From positions 850,453 to 914,452 of the forward strand of contig BFEA01000035.1 of assembly GCA_003427395.1 (NCBI GenBank): a DNA stretch of 64,000 nucleotides, in the 5' to 3' direction. The DNA is from Chara braunii. Taxonomy: Eukaryota > Plantae > Charophyceae. The notes beneath the pieces were generated by a model. The model saw only the letters and a program-made list of their open reading frames with translations. It searched no databases and was not told the DNA's origin. Position 1 is the first letter of the stretch. Every line of letters begins with the position of its first letter. Of this stretch, positions 50,245 to 63,244 are shown piece by piece. Made by a program: the position numbers and the translations under genes.

Positions 50245-51212
50245 CATACTTGCGGCGCATCACGTGCGCGCCAATTGCGCACGTGCGGCGCAATGCGCAT
50301 TGCGCACGCGGCGCGCGCACATGATGCGCCGCACGGGAGAAAATCGGGGTAACGCAAAATAAAAAAGGTGCGGGGGGGTCTGAAACGAAGTTCTCCTGCC
50401 TTGCCAAAAAGGAGGAACAGGCCGCACAATTTTTTTTTCAGGTTGCGCTGAGGCCTGAAGTTATTTTTGGGCGGATGCAGTCCAGGACCCACGGCTCCAT
50501 GGTTTGGTAGTATTCATAGGATCGGTCAGGTCCGATGCAGTCATTACGAAAAGGAGGCTCTGGCAGGCCGCGTTTCGTTTTTGGTTGACATAGGAACGAG
50601 AAGAATGAGCCTCGTGAAAAGGCGGTTGGAAACAAAAAAAAAGAAAAAAAGAAAACCTGTCAGCACTCTTTCCACACCCTGAATGCACGCAACCTACCTC
50701 TCAGGTCCGATACAGTCATAATAGCGTTATGCTATCGCCAGAGCACACTTCACCTCATCATGACTGTATCAGACCTGCGAGATCCGTTATGTGTGTTCAG
50801 AGTGTCCTTTAGGATTTCCATTGAACTTAAAACAATACGTGTCGCACTAGGACTTTATGGCTGTATTTAGGGCAACTTGAAGTCTAGATACAGCCATAAT
50901 GTCGGTCGTCTATTTGGGTGAAGGCAGTAGGGCGCCCTCTGAAATGTATCTGACTGCAATTATGGCCATACCTGGATGAATCTGACCGCCATAACGTCCA
51001 GAGCTTAGTAGGGAAAGTCATGGTGTGAGAGCATATTAACACTCGGACATTTCCTGCTAAGCTCTGGACGTGATTATGGTCAGATTCATGGACGTTCGAC
51101 CATAGTTGCAGTCAGATGCACTGAGGAAAGGGCCGGTGCGAGTAGGCCACTGAATTCTGAAAATGAGTGGGAAGCATACATTCCATGTCCCCCGCGCGTA
51201 CATACCACAAAC

Positions 51213-51282
<70 letters not shown>

Positions 51283-51738
51283 NNNNNNNNNNNNNNNNNN
51301 NNNNNNNNNNNNNNNNNNNNNNNNNNNNNNNNNNNNNNNNNNNNNNNNNNNNNNNNNNNNNNNNNNNNNNNNNNNNNNNNNNNNNNNNNNNNNNNNNNNN
51401 NNNNNNNNNNNNNNNNNNNNNNNNNNNNNNNNNNNNNNNNNNNNNNNNNNNNNNNNNNNNNNNNNNNNNNNNNNNNNNNNNNNNNNNNNNNNNNNNNNNN
51501 NNNNNNNNNNNNNNNNNNNNNNNNNNNNNNNNNNNNNNNNNNNNNNNNNNNNNNNNNNNNNNNNNNNNNNNNNNNNNNNNNNNNNNNNNGAGGCACGGCG
51601 CACAAGGCGCACTGGCAAAAAGCAGCGTCTCAATTCGCTGCGTGCACAGCGCAACCGGTGCGCGTGAGGTGTAGCTGAGCGCATCCCGCATGGCGCAGCG
51701 CACCGCACGGCGCAGTGCACTGGTGCGCCGCAAGTATG
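50245..51738. mobile_element. Non-autonomous hAT element
   Basis: Perfect 15-bp TIR CATACTTGCGGCGCA, 8-bp TSD GCAACCAT (50237-50244 and 51739-51746), and subterminal gcgca repeats. Confidence 0.92.
50945..51121. mobile_element. Fold-back MITE nested in the hAT element; half copies at about 44410-44470 and 44648-44710
   Basis: tgtatctgactgcaattatgg...acgtccagagcttag and ctaagctctggacgt...ccatagttgcagtcagatgca are inverted arms of about 70 bp. Confidence 0.75.
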
Positions 51739-52924
51739 GCAACCATCATTTCATTCTTCCCGTACTCTTTCAATCCCGGGTTTCCTCATCCAAAGGTCCC
51801 CTACCCTTAACGCCCCATGCTTGACCCACCACCACCAAAGGGAGTCCGAGCTACACCTGATTCGGGCGTGGGAGTCTGTGATCCATCTGTTGCCGAATAG
51901 GGGTTGCCCGAACACCTTCCCTCGACCTCGTGCCCACCCGAAGTGAAGGCGGGCATGAATATCCACATGAGGCCTACTTTCAACATTTTTCATAAGTGGG
52001 GTATCAGACAGTTGCAGCATAACAGTTGGTTACAGAGCAACGTGAGCCTTCAGGCTCCTTCCAAAAGAAAGGGCTGCGCTGTACAGTTGAGCCCAGGGCT
52101 CAGGTGGTTGCGCCCTGGGTACGTGCTATGTGAGGCCGACACATCACGGACTGACCGCGGGCTAATGAGAAAGCAGCATTGTCGTCACACATGCACCGCG
52201 AGCTAATGAGAATGCTGCGAAAACTTGGAGGCTGGGTGGCTGCCTGAACGTGCCTAACTGCACGGGGCCCAGGCCAGTAACTGAAGCTGGGCCTGGGCGC
52301 AGACACTTGGGGCCAGACTGAAGCTACTGGGCCCCCACACGTATGGCCAGGATAGCCAGCAGCGGTCACACTTTCCATAAAGGAAAGTGTGTCCCCTGAG
52401 CTCTGGATTCTAGCCTGCCAAGGCAATGCGGCCACACTGCTGCGTTGTCGGATGAGAGCTGCTTAGTGCTGACAGGCTGGGGTGCATACGGGTGCTGAGA
52501 GGTGGGAGGGCACTGCGGTGGCAGTGGGCGCACGGCGGCCAAAGCCGGGCAGCACATGCGGATCCAGGTGACGACGATGGTGGTCTTCGGGTAGGAGGCG
52601 CATGCAGAGGGGGGAACAAGGGGTGACGAGGGGACGAAATAGAACGTACCTGGTGTATGCTGGCAGTCGGCATTGGTGATGACGTCACGTACATTGGTCT
52701 TCAACTTCGATGTGATCTGGTTGCAAGAGCGTAGATAGGTGTAGATAGCTGGGTAGAGTAGGCTGGGCGCTGAGCATCAGACAGTAGGAGCGACATTGGA
52801 TACTGTGTTGGTGCGACCAGAGGGTGGCGAAGTTGACATACGAGTTCATTGTATTGCTCTTATTTGGACAGTATCTTGGTGCATTGTGCTCTCTGCTTGG
52901 TACATGACTATCTGGGCTACTTCG

Positions 52925-53147
52925 TGATTTTGCAACTTGGATTTCTGTCTCTCGCTCTCGCTCACATTCCTTGCATCTGTATCCAGCTCAGCATCTCAGC
53001 ATCTGTCCTGTGCGATTTCGCAACTTGGATTTCTGTCTCTCGCTCTCGCTCATATTCCTTGCATCTGTATCCACCTCACCATCTCAGCATCTGTATCCAC
53101 CTCACCATCTCAGCATCTGTATCCACCTCACCATCTCAGCATCTGTC
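52925..53147 (+). repeat. 26-bp tandem repeat within an 88-bp duplication
   Basis: gcatctgtatccacctcaccatctca repeated. Confidence 0.85.
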
Positions 53148-53480
53148 CTAAGCAAGAACAACAAACTCCCACTGACCGGAATTGCTCTTAAGCTGCAAGC
53201 ACATTGCCCCGGCGAGCTTGAGAACTGAAATCAAGCCGATCCAAAAATTTTGGGGGCGAGGGGCTAGGGGACAACAGTGGCTCACACCGCCCGCCAAAAT
53301 GGAAAAAAAAGGTGCGCCAATGGCGATTTGGCAAAAAGTTTGGACTGCATTGCAAATCCGCCACGGCAAAAAGAGGCTTGGATGTACTGGTTCCGTAACT
53401 GCAGCGACTTCTGTTTGCTGAACTTTGCTCTCAATTTAACAAGCAATAATGCAGAACAGGATGAATGGCTTAAAATCCCA

Positions 53481-53589
53481 TACCGTCTTCACCCGAACAG
53501 AGTGCCCAGTCATTATGGCTGTATTTCAAGCAACTTTCAGGCTCGATACGGGGATAATGAGCAGGCATTCTATTCGGGTGAAGACGGTA
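53481..53589. mobile_element. Family B MITE, full length
   Basis: TAccgtcttcacccgaa...ttcgggtgaagacggTA; same 109-bp length as the 33377 copy. Confidence 0.85.
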
Positions 53590-55231
53590 GGAACATTGTG
53601 CAACGTATGCACAGAATGCACACACCACATATTGCTCAGGAAGCAAAAGATCCAAAAAAGAAAAGGAAAAAAGAACACTCAAACCAACAATATGTGCTAG
53701 GCGGTTTCACATATGGAGGCTGGTATATGATATTCAACAGACCCTCACCCCCACCCCCCGACACCTTGATTGTCCCTGAGTCCAACATACTTTTCTTTTT
53801 CTGTTATATAAATATCATGCGGCCGCACTAGTGGATCCGATATTAAACTGACCAGAACCGATATTACAAATTGATCTTAGTAAAAAGGCCCCGAAAGGTC
53901 ATACGCTGTCTCTAATGCATATGGCTTTCTGTGGCCGATGATTTTCGAGTGTGACTTGGAAGTTGTGAGATGAAATCGGTCCAAAATCCACACAGACATT
54001 GTCCAGTGTCATACGTTTTGGTCCAAGTCTAGATTCGAGTCCCATATCTTGTCTTAGAGGGGTCTGAGAAAGTCCTGGGGTCACAGGTATAGGGTCCAGG
54101 GTCGAACGGAGCAACCCGTGTGCCGCCACGTCGAGCTCTTACGTTACGACCCTTTTTCCCCGTTGTTCTCCTTCTTTGGCCACTCTAATCCTCGTCTCTG
54201 TATCGCTCCAATTCGTTCATGGATGTCCCCAAGGAACTTATTGTACTTTTCCCTTAGTTTGGAACACCTTACCCACACGTGATCTCGGAAGCTACTGCTG
54301 ATTTCCTCTAACAATCCTTGGCACCCCTTACTCGTGTTACTTAAACCGGTGCGCAGTGCCCAAGTACTGGTGGTTTAATGGACTCTCACTGAGACTCACA
54401 TACTGTCTCTGGTGCATACGGCTTTCCGTGTGCAACGACTTCTGAGCGACTTGAAACACATAAACCTGTGTATCACACCTCTCCTAGCACCTGCATCCTG
54501 CCTCCATGTTCTTCTCTTTCACATGTACGTGCACCTGCTGGACAGCGAAGGAAGCCGAGGCCGGTTCGGCTTGTTTTCCTATTTTGTGAATTATTTTTCA
54601 AGTTTCAACTTTCATGATTTTTATTCACCCACTGTTCTCGCTCAGTTGGTACACCCATGAACTGTTGAAAATTGAAATACAGACCACAAGTAACATACCT
54701 GTCAATTTACCTGCAGGCCGGGGCCTATGAGCTACTCCCCTACAGCACGTCCTTGTACAATACTCAAGGCCCTAGGCTGAATAGCAGGAGCAACTTTTAA
54801 GTGTCAAAGATGATATCATCTCAAGGCCGTCGTGTTTCTTAAAAATAAAAGAAGAAAAAAAAAACGTTTTCTCTAAGACTTCTTGACTGTTCTTCCTCAG
54901 CATCTTTTAGCACACTGCACAGCACTCGATACGAGCTGGACACAAAGAACTCTTCCCAGTCCGGTCAAAAACAATTGCACGGCACACAGTGCACACTGGG
55001 CATGAAGAACTCTTAAGCGTCTTCACACGAATAGAATGCAAGGTCATTATGGCAGTATTTGGGGCAATTTCAGAGTAGACACAGTGATAATGACTGTACA
55101 GTGTACAGCCTATTCTGGTGAAGAAGAGAGTCTGTGCAAAACAACTTATTGAGGGCCGTGGATGCGATAATGTGCCCTCAGGTACAGCATTCCACTACCG
55201 ATACGACATGGTGTAGATGCGCAATACCAAC

Positions 55232-55594
55232 CTCATTTTCCCGATCCCTGTTCATGGAGACCGCTGTCTGCTGTGGTGGTGTCGCCCCTTCAGAACGCAT
55301 GGAATTATTTGAATCAACAGTTGAGACGTTGCGCCTGCTCCTGGCAGATGGGATACGCTCCAATGAAGGCTGCTGTGCCTGATTCTGTCCCCTGTCCTCT
55401 TGCCTGGATACGGCTGAAGTAGGTTCTGCAGAATTCTGATTCTGTGACCTACGGCCACGGTCCTGCGGCTGCTGCGCCGACCCTTTTGCCCGTGGCTGGG
55501 CAGATGGTCCTGCCATTCCAGAGTCCCTCTGCAAGCTGGACAGCCTCTCAATCTCTGCATCCTTGCGCTGCAATGCCTCTTTCAGATTTGCAAC
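55232..55594 (-). CDS. Kinesin-14 exon (post-motor coiled coil and start of tail)
   Basis: Phase 0-0, 363 bp, VANLKEALQRKDAEIERL...RDRENE. Acceptor ttgcag|, donor GAG|GTTGGT. Confidence 0.88.
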
Positions 55595-55903
55595 CTGCAA
55601 ATGCAACATTCAAAAACAACAGATAGCAACAAAAACAGGCCAATTGATTCTTGTGAGCGTGACTTCACCCATTCCATAGGCGAACCCTGCCCCGAGCACG
55701 ATTTCATCCCTTCCATCAGCAACCACCACCCCCTCGCCACTTTCTCTCTTTCACACACACACACACACAGAAAAACACACACACACAGACACAGTCATGT
55801 ATATACACCTGAACATACACATGAAAACACACATCAACACATATCATCACACACACACACATTCACAGAGTGATATTGACTGCCTTCACCCAGATCCTCT
55901 TGA

Positions 55904-55948
<45 letters not shown>

Positions 55949-56004
55949 CACACATACACACACACATGGACATACACACATGAATATACGCAAAAACACG
56001 CGTG

Positions 56005-56066
<62 letters not shown>

Positions 56067-56449
56067 AACATACACATGAATACACACATCATCACACATG
56101 CACACACATATTCAGAGTGGCCCAACATTCTCTTGAGACTTTTGCCACAAAGACATGAAAAGAATTGAAATTTGAACAGGTGTTTCATGCACAGAAAAGA
56201 AAATTTGAAATTTGAAATTTCATTTCAGAGCATATGCATCATGAATTAGACAACCAACAAGGAGAACAAAAGTGCCTTGCACCGGCTCTGTTACCTTAGG
56301 GCATCAACTGAAGGATCCAAGGAAGAGAAAGCTGTTATATGTGCTGGACACGGCACAAGGGCGCTTGACAAAGGCCATTAAGTGCGCGTGATTGACTGCT
56401 GTGGAAAGGAGGCAATGAGCAATGCCCAGCCGAATGCTCTGCCACGTAC

Positions 56450-56613
56450 CGTTTCTCGCAGGTCTCGTAGTTCTGCTGACTCCTGATTCTTCTTGGCCAT
56501 TCCCAGTTCCACAGATGACACCCTCTCCGCAAACTTCAGAGTGCTAATGGTTTCCCCATACGACTCGTCATCTGGGCTGATATGAACAAACATGAGGGTT
56601 TTCGCTTGTCCTC
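56450..56613 (-). CDS. Kinesin-14 exon (end of motor domain)
   Basis: G|GA joins in phase 1 to give GGQAKTLMFVHISPDDESYGETISTLKFAERVSSVELG...LRET, typical of plant KCH-class kinesin-14. Acceptor tgtgcag|, donor |GTACGT. Confidence 0.95.
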
Positions 56614-57139
56614 CTGCACATGCAAGTGGAAGAAAAGAGAGAAAATTTGAGAAAAGTTCAGAAAACGCAATGATCCGCACCGTTGCAGTCTGAGATTTCT
56701 GTTGTTGTTTTTTTTTTCTGCTTCTTCTTGTTCTCCCTCGGATTCTGCATTTTTTGGAGAAACTGTTCTTGGTTGACCAGATTCGGTTAGGTTTCCGAAT
56801 CTGACTATGAATGTTTTGCTGTGTCGTCTGCGTCCACGAGTCTATTAAATGTTTGATCAGTCTGAGTCTGTGACCCTGTCCTCACCCTGTTCTCGTGCTG
56901 TATGCCGTGAGCAGCAGAGCTGTGAATAGGTGTGGTTACAGGGGTAGGACCCAAATTTCGACGACACCGACGGCAGTAAGGACATGGACAAAAGTAGAAT
57001 CTGCTACAAACCCGGTAGGGACTTCCAGCAACTCAGAGACTCGCCAGAGTCCGGCAGGATGGCAGGTACCCAATGATGGTACGAGGTTCGTGAAAGGACT
57101 AGGTCCAGGGCCTCTAGGTAGGATTACAGCCCACAATTG

Positions 57140-57405
57140 TAGACCCAGGCACCACTAGCACACGAGTAACACCTGGGTAACACTCGGGTGGAGAGAAAGT
57201 TACCTTTGGCAATGGTGACCCTCCATGTCCACCGGTAGACCCGGGCACCAGTAGCACACGGGTAGCACCTGGGTAACACTCAGGTGGAGAGACCGTTACC
57301 TCCACGTCCACCAGTAGAACCAGGCACTGGTAGCACAGGGGTAACACCTGGGTAACACTCAGGTGGAGAGAAAGTTACGTTTGGCAATGGTGGACCTCCA
57401 TGTTC
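57140..57405 (+). repeat. Imperfect tandem repeat, 3 units of about 80-100 bp
   Basis: tagcaca...acacctgggtaacactc.ggtggagaga recurs three times. Confidence 0.85.
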
Positions 57406-57779
57406 ACTTCCTTGGTTGGCACTTTTCCAGAAATGCCCCTGTTGGGGTACCATTTAGACATAGACTTCATCGGGGAGCGAGGGAACTGTGGTAGGACATG
57501 GAAGAGGCATGGTAGTTGCCTGTTGTCCTTTGAACATCCGTGCTAGGGATGGATAAAACCCCCGTAGCCAGTTGCAGTTCCATGAGGAGAGGAGGTAGAG
57601 CAGTTGCATATAATTGCTCAAATTATGAGAGGCAGGCATAGAAGCTCATGAACCCCAATGTAGCCGGCAGGAGCTCAGGGCTGGGGTTGGAGGACTGGAA
57701 TGTGCTGAGAAAGTATGAGAGGCAGTGGCGATTATGTGAAGGGAGATGATGATGGCGAGAGGGCAAGAGAGATGACATT

Positions 57780-58180
57780 GCAATTGATTGAACCAATCCT
57801 CTTTTTTCTTCTCCCTTTTCTTCTTCTTCTTCTTCTTCTTCTTCTTCTTCTTCTTCTCTTTCTGCATTCTTCTTCCCTCCTCGACTTCTTGCAGTTGATT
57901 GAACCAATCNTCTCTTTCTGCATTCTTCTTCCCTCCTCGACTTCTTGCAGTTGATTGAACCAATCCTCTTTTTCTTCTCCCTCTTCTTCTTCCCTCCTCG
58001 ACTTCTTCCAAGCTGATTGAACCATTCTTCTTCTTTTCCCTCCTCGACTTCTTCCAGGCTGATTGAATTCTACTTTTTCTTATTCTCCTTCTCCTTCTTC
58101 TTCTCCTTCTTCTACATCTTTTTCTTCTCCTTCTCCTTCTCCTTCTTCTGATTTCTTTTTGCATTCTTCTTCCTTCCTTG
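57780..58180 (+). repeat. CT-rich degenerate minisatellite with (CTT)n
   Basis: tgattgaacca...ccctcctcgacttctt recurs about 5 times. Confidence 0.8.
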
Positions 58181-58831
58181 GTCTAGCTCTACTTCTTCCA
58201 AGCTGCGCTGTACGACACTGCCTCCAAGCTAAGGGGGCTCAGAGCAAGCAGGCATGCAATCTTACACACACAAATTCCGGGAATCACCGCAGAGTCCGCG
58301 CAAGGAAAAGAAACATAGCCAATAATTTTTCACTGCATCTCATTCATTCTAGCAATCCGCCAACAGCACACAATCCCACGCTCTCATTCTATAGCGAGAA
58401 TCTCCTGAAAGAAGATATGTGACAACCCAAGGCAATATTGGGAACACTGGAAATCGTGAATAGTTCATGATGTTCACAAGGCTGTTGAAAAGTATCCATG
58501 GAATCAACGGATAGGATTTATGAAACCGATGGATAGGATTTAAAATATCCGTGGATATGATTTATGAAATCAATGGATCATCTAGTCAAGCAAACACTCA
58601 TACAGTGATTGTTTACGTTTTCCTTTTGCGACGTTTTTAACAGCTGTACAGGGCACGGCGGCGGTCAACTAGATGAGAAGATATGTATGTAATCCGTCGA
58701 CAACATCCAAGCAAGTTAGGCGCAGCCGAAGGTAAAGTCAAGTAATCCTCCAAAACCTCTTCTTCCAAAGGCCAGCATAGCAATAGCCAGTTCAGCGATG
58801 AATAACAGACCCACAGAGAGACCTGTATTAC

Positions 58832-59085
58832 CTAATGAATCCTGTAGCAGCTGAGTTAGCTTGCTGTTCCTGAAGGGGACATGGTTGTTCTTCAGAGCAA
58901 GAGCGGCAATCACGTCCCCCAGTGCAGAGAGTGACTTGTTGATATGTTGTGCCTCCTTCAGCCGTTCCCCGGTCGCTTCACTCCTATCCAGCCTTTCACT
59001 TCCCGCAAGGTCAACCAGATGAAGACAACCTCTGATCATCCCGCCTCGAGTGAGTTCCTTTCCCTGAACATGGACAGTCAGAACA
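58832..59085 (-). CDS. Kinesin-14 (KCH/ATK4-like) motor-domain exon
   Basis: Encodes VLTVHVQG...[39 protein letters not shown]...[18 protein letters not shown] (switch II and microtubule-binding motifs). Bounded by cctccag| and |GTAATA; 254 bp. Confidence 0.95.
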
Positions 59086-59514
59086 CTGGAGGCCAGCACA
59101 TACAGAGCATAATATCAAAGCCTTGCATGGAAAAGAAAGCGTACAAATGTTTTGAATATTGCTTTCGGATCTTTGCAACAAATCAAGCATTCCTGTGAAA
59201 AGGAGGAAAATTTTCAAGAAGGGGGAAGAGTTCCGAAAAACGGAGCGAAATGGAAAACCTGAAACGCGACACAAGCAATCAGTTGAAGGTTGAAAAATGC
59301 ATCATCAGTCAATGGATGATGGACCTGCAAAGGTTAACGGCGCACCTTTTGCATAATGGGTCAGTGAGTAAATTGATACAGCAAGCTTAAACCCCTAGGC
59401 GTAGGCGTAATGACATTGTAGTATTATTGTACGTAGTTGGTGGACCGAGCCCATGTATTGATCCAAGACCAGGTGTAGGCGTATAGATAGTTGGGAGGAC
59501 CTAGTCCACATATT

Positions 59515-59614
59515 GACCCGGGACCGGGCGATCTAGCCATGAGCAGGTTGAAGAGAGTCCTAACGGGTCTTGGAGGACCGGACCCACGCATGTGGCAAAA
59601 CAGGGGATGCCTTG
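59515..59614 (+). pseudogene. rrn26: Mitochondrial LSU rRNA (rrn26) fragment, NUMT
   Basis: gacccg...gatctagccatgagcaggttgaagagag...ttggaggaccg.acccacg.atgtggcaaaa..ggggatg is a bacterial-type LSU helix region of plant-mitochondrial form. Confidence 0.75.
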
Positions 59615-59668
59615 CCCTCCAAGTATTGATTCTTCAGTGTATTTTGTGCTTCATGACCTTTCCCCATA

Positions 59669-61720
59669 TGCAGTAACCCGTGTTCCGCAGCAGTCTGGGG
59701 CCCAAAACTGCGCCCAGACGACACAGGCCAAATACGGCCTGCGCCAGGCAGTGCAACCACGCACTGCCCCCTGGAAACTCCAAGGGTCCAAGTCAACTGT
59801 CAGGTCAAAGGTACCGGGCCCAGGCCTTTGGTTGGATACACTCACTTGTTGTGCGCAGGTACCCAGACAGCATCAAGGCCACAGGGAATTCTGTTGCAGG
59901 ACAATCCGGGCCGTCATTTGCGTTGAGATCTCGACGGCTGAGGGATGCAGCACCTGGGGTCCAGACCCCGCATCAACGCTATATAAGCGTTGACCTCCTG
60001 GCTTTGAAGGACATTCTGTCTTGCGTCAATGTTGACTGCACGCGTTGACGACAACGCTAGCGCGACGCTGCAACGCTGGCTGGACGCTGGCTCTACGCTG
60101 GCAAATGGGCGAACTACGGTGACGCTCTGCTGGCTCGGCATGGTGGCTGGCTTGCAATTGTCTTCTGGGCATGCTGACGTGGCAGCTGCCACGCACCGCC
60201 GCTGACGTGGCCGCTGCCACGTATATTATTGTTGGCGTGGCGAGGCTACGCGACTGGCGTAGCTGTTCTGTTTCGATGACATTCGGGAGGAGATCATGAC
60301 TGTGGAGCAATAGTGGATACGTATGCAATGAATTGCAGTGCTACAAGCGGGCTGTACACTAATTTCCCCCCTGTCATTATTGGCAGGACTTGATCCCGCA
60401 ACGTTGGCCTGCTGTGTTGCCTGTTTTGAGCCTTGCGGGACTTGATCCCGTGACCTGTGATCTGCGTGCCTTGTTTGTGAGTGTTGAGATGTATGGGACT
60501 TGATCCCTGAGTCAGCTACTAGTAGTCTCTGTTTGGTAGTCTTAGGCCATTCGGCCTATGCCTTTTCTTTGTGACAGGTCTAGGTCCCCTTTTTTCCTCT
60601 GTTTCCATCTAGATACAGGTGAGTCTTCGGTTGTTGCTTGGTTAGTCCGTCGTAGGTATAGGCAGAGGGTAGAAGTAGCGGGCAGGAAATTTGGGTCGGG
60701 TCTTTTCTCGACACTTTTGCTGGGGAACGCTGCCCGTTCGTGGCGGAAGCGTAGCTGCGTTATTTTGGGCGAGGACATCTTCCTCGAAGCCCAGCCATAG
60801 CTGGGGGTGGGACACGAAGTTGGAGATAGCACTGCTGCTATTAGCAGCTCTGCGCAAGAGCTTCACCAGGACTGTGTTGTTTGGGGTTTGGTCGCTGCCT
60901 TTCTACACTTGGCAGCCATATTTGCTGTTCCTCCTCAAGAGGAACTTCGTTTTTGTCTTCTTCAAAGTACTGGATTGGTTGTCTCCTTCTTCATCAGGAC
61001 TTCCAGCGCTGCACTGCCGTGCAGGCGCTGAGCTGGCACTGCTATTATTGGGGTTGCTGGTTCAGACTGGCAGGTTGTGACAGCTGTGGGGTTACTGCTG
61101 CTACGGCAGCCATCGCCAGGGGTATGAGGTGGCGAGGAGGAAGAAGAAGACTCCTGCAGACTTCGTTGAACACTTGTTTTTGATTGTTTTGGATTGATTC
61201 GAGGAGGACGGGGGATTACAGAATTGAAATTCGTTTTTCAATTCCCTGTGTATTTCGAGCTTCCGCTGTGCATATCTTCTCTCCGGTTTTGTGTGGATTT
61301 GCCTCCTTCGAGTCTACTCTGCAATTGCATGCGTGTATGGGAACGTGTGAATTCTTTGTGGATTGAAATTCAATCTGGTACATAATACGTACCTGGTTAT
61401 CTTGACGCCGACATTGCTCCAGCTCGCTGATGAGGACTGATTGACGTGCCACGTGGCACATTGTGTTATAACTTCAGATTCGCGTTCAGATTACTGATTA
61501 CTGAGGTGGTGATTGAGGAAGGGAACCTGAAGCAGAAGTGGGCATTGTCTTCTATTTTCTTTCTAAGTCTATTCTCCCTTCTCTCTCTCCTTCGTCTGTG
61601 TATGTTTTTCCCATCTCATTCTATCTGGACACAATTATGATTATTGATAATCATCAGCAAGTTGATATTCATCTGGGCTTGCATTGTTGACAAGTGTCTT
61701 CACGATCTGGGTCCATTGCA
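59669..61720 (+). mobile_element. Solo LTR (about 990 bp net) with 4-bp TSD and a nested insertion
   Basis: CATA|TGCAGTAACCC...CCATTGCA|CATA; inverted homologue of 62268-63244. Strand is relative to that copy. Confidence 0.88.
60324..61387. mobile_element. 1064-bp nested solo-LTR-like insertion with 4-bp TSD
   Basis: CGTA|TGCAATG...CATAATA|CGTA; absent from the sister LTR, where the site reads ggacacgtacctgg. Confidence 0.75.
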
Positions 61721-62267
61721 CATAGCTGTGTGAACGCTTATAGATAAGCTGGCTCATAACAGTGGAACCGTTATGCTTTTGCAATCGACGGCTTACTCAT
61801 GGTTTCAGCTGTGAAGCAAGAATGCCTGGGAAAAGTGAAGATGTTGAAACAGTATTTAAATTGCAAGGAAGTGATCCATTTGCAGAAGACTTCAAAAACA
61901 TTTTAACTGGGCTACCAGCCGGGCCACCCCGGTCACCCTATTTTCCTGGGCAAAAAAAAATAAAAATAAATTAAAATTGAAAAAACGTAAAAAAGATTTT
62001 AATTTTTATGTTTTTTTTTTTTTTTTCCCGGCTGGGCAAGTGTCCATTCCGGTTCGAGTCTGGTCACATAGAAAACTACCTTCATCACCTGAACATCACG
62101 CCCCACCATCATGAATGAACACAAAGTAACAAACCCTATTAGGGTTCAAATATATTCATGACGACAGGAGGGAAGGTGGTGGTCACTAAATGAGTCCAAA
62201 GTCATATTGTGCATCCAACATGAGAAACACACCAGGTTCATCTAGCACAAAATGGCATCTAGACAGG

Positions 62268-63244
62268 TGCAATGAACCCAGATCGTGAAGACACTTGTCA
62301 ACAATGCAAGCCCAGATGAAACTGCTGATGATTATCAATAATCATAATAGTGTCCAGATAGAAAGAGATGGGATAATCATACACAGACGAAGGAGAGAGG
62401 AGGGAGATTAGACAAAGGAGAGGAATAAAGAACAAGGCCCACTCCTGCTTCGGGCTCCCTCCTCGATCACCACCTTAGATAATCAATAGTCTGAACACAC
62501 ATCTGAAGTTCTATTCCAGTGTGCCAATTGGCACGTCGATCAGTCCCTCATCAGCGTACTGGAGCAATGTCGACCTCAAGATAACCAGGTACGTGTCCAC
62601 AATCATCCCACAGTCATGATCTCCTCCCGAGTGACGATGAATCAGAACAGCAATGCCGGTCACGTAGCCCAGCCACGTCAGAAGATAAACACGTGGCAGC
62701 GGCCACGTCAGCAACAACGCATGACAGCTGCCACGTCAGTATGCCATGAAGACAATAGCCAGCCAGCCACCATGCCGAGCCAGCAGTGCGTCGCTGTGAT
62801 CTCCCAAGTTCCAGCGCAAAGCCAGCGTCCACCAGCGTCGCAGCATCAAGCCAGCGTCGCGTCGTCAATGCGTGAAGTCAGCATTGACGCAAGACTGAAT
62901 GAATGTCAAAGTCAGGAAGTCAGCGCTCAAGTAGCGTTGACGCGGGGTCTGGACCCCGAATGCCGCATCCCTCAGCCGTCCAAATCTCGACGCAAATATC
63001 GCCCAGATTGACCTGAAACCGAATTCCTTCTGGCCTCGATGCAGTCTGGGTACCTGCGCACAACAAGTGAGTGTATCCGACCAAGGGCCTGGGCGGGATA
63101 CCTTTGCCTTGACAGTTGACTTAGGCTGTTAATTTTTTTCATGGGCAGTGTGCAGTCACACTGCCTGGCGCAGGCCGAATTTGGCATGCGTCGTCTGGGC
63201 TCCGTTTCAAGGGCCCAGACTGCTGCAGAACACGGGTTACCGCA
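62268..63244 (-). mobile_element. 977-bp solo LTR with 4-bp TSD, same family as 59669
   Basis: CAGG|TGCAATG...GGGTTACCGCA|CAGG. Confidence 0.9.

Larger units (their letters stand above)
50150..52030 (-). mobile_element. LINE ORF2 remnant split by the hAT element
   Basis: KVFGQPLFGNRWI...WVKHGALRVGDLW resembles EVLRQPLFCNPDI...WLEKGVWQIKHIW of the LINE at 13.4 kb. Confidence 0.6.

Noticed and set aside
57440-58424. Possible solo LTR (TGTTGG...GTGACA)
   Set aside because: Flanks match at only 3 of 4 bases (cccc/accc) and alternative left ends exist.
61425-61460. CTGATGAG as another hammerhead (also near 62547, 7770 and 10791)
   Set aside because: No stem II followed by GAAA and no stem III could be formed.
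62050-62066. ggttcgagtc tRNA/SINE B-box
   Set aside because: No A-box or cloverleaf nearby.
59669-63244. Single DIRS, Mutator or fold-back element with 1-kb inverted termini
   Set aside because: Each arm has its own TG..CA ends and its own 4-bp TSD, and there is no shared outer TSD.
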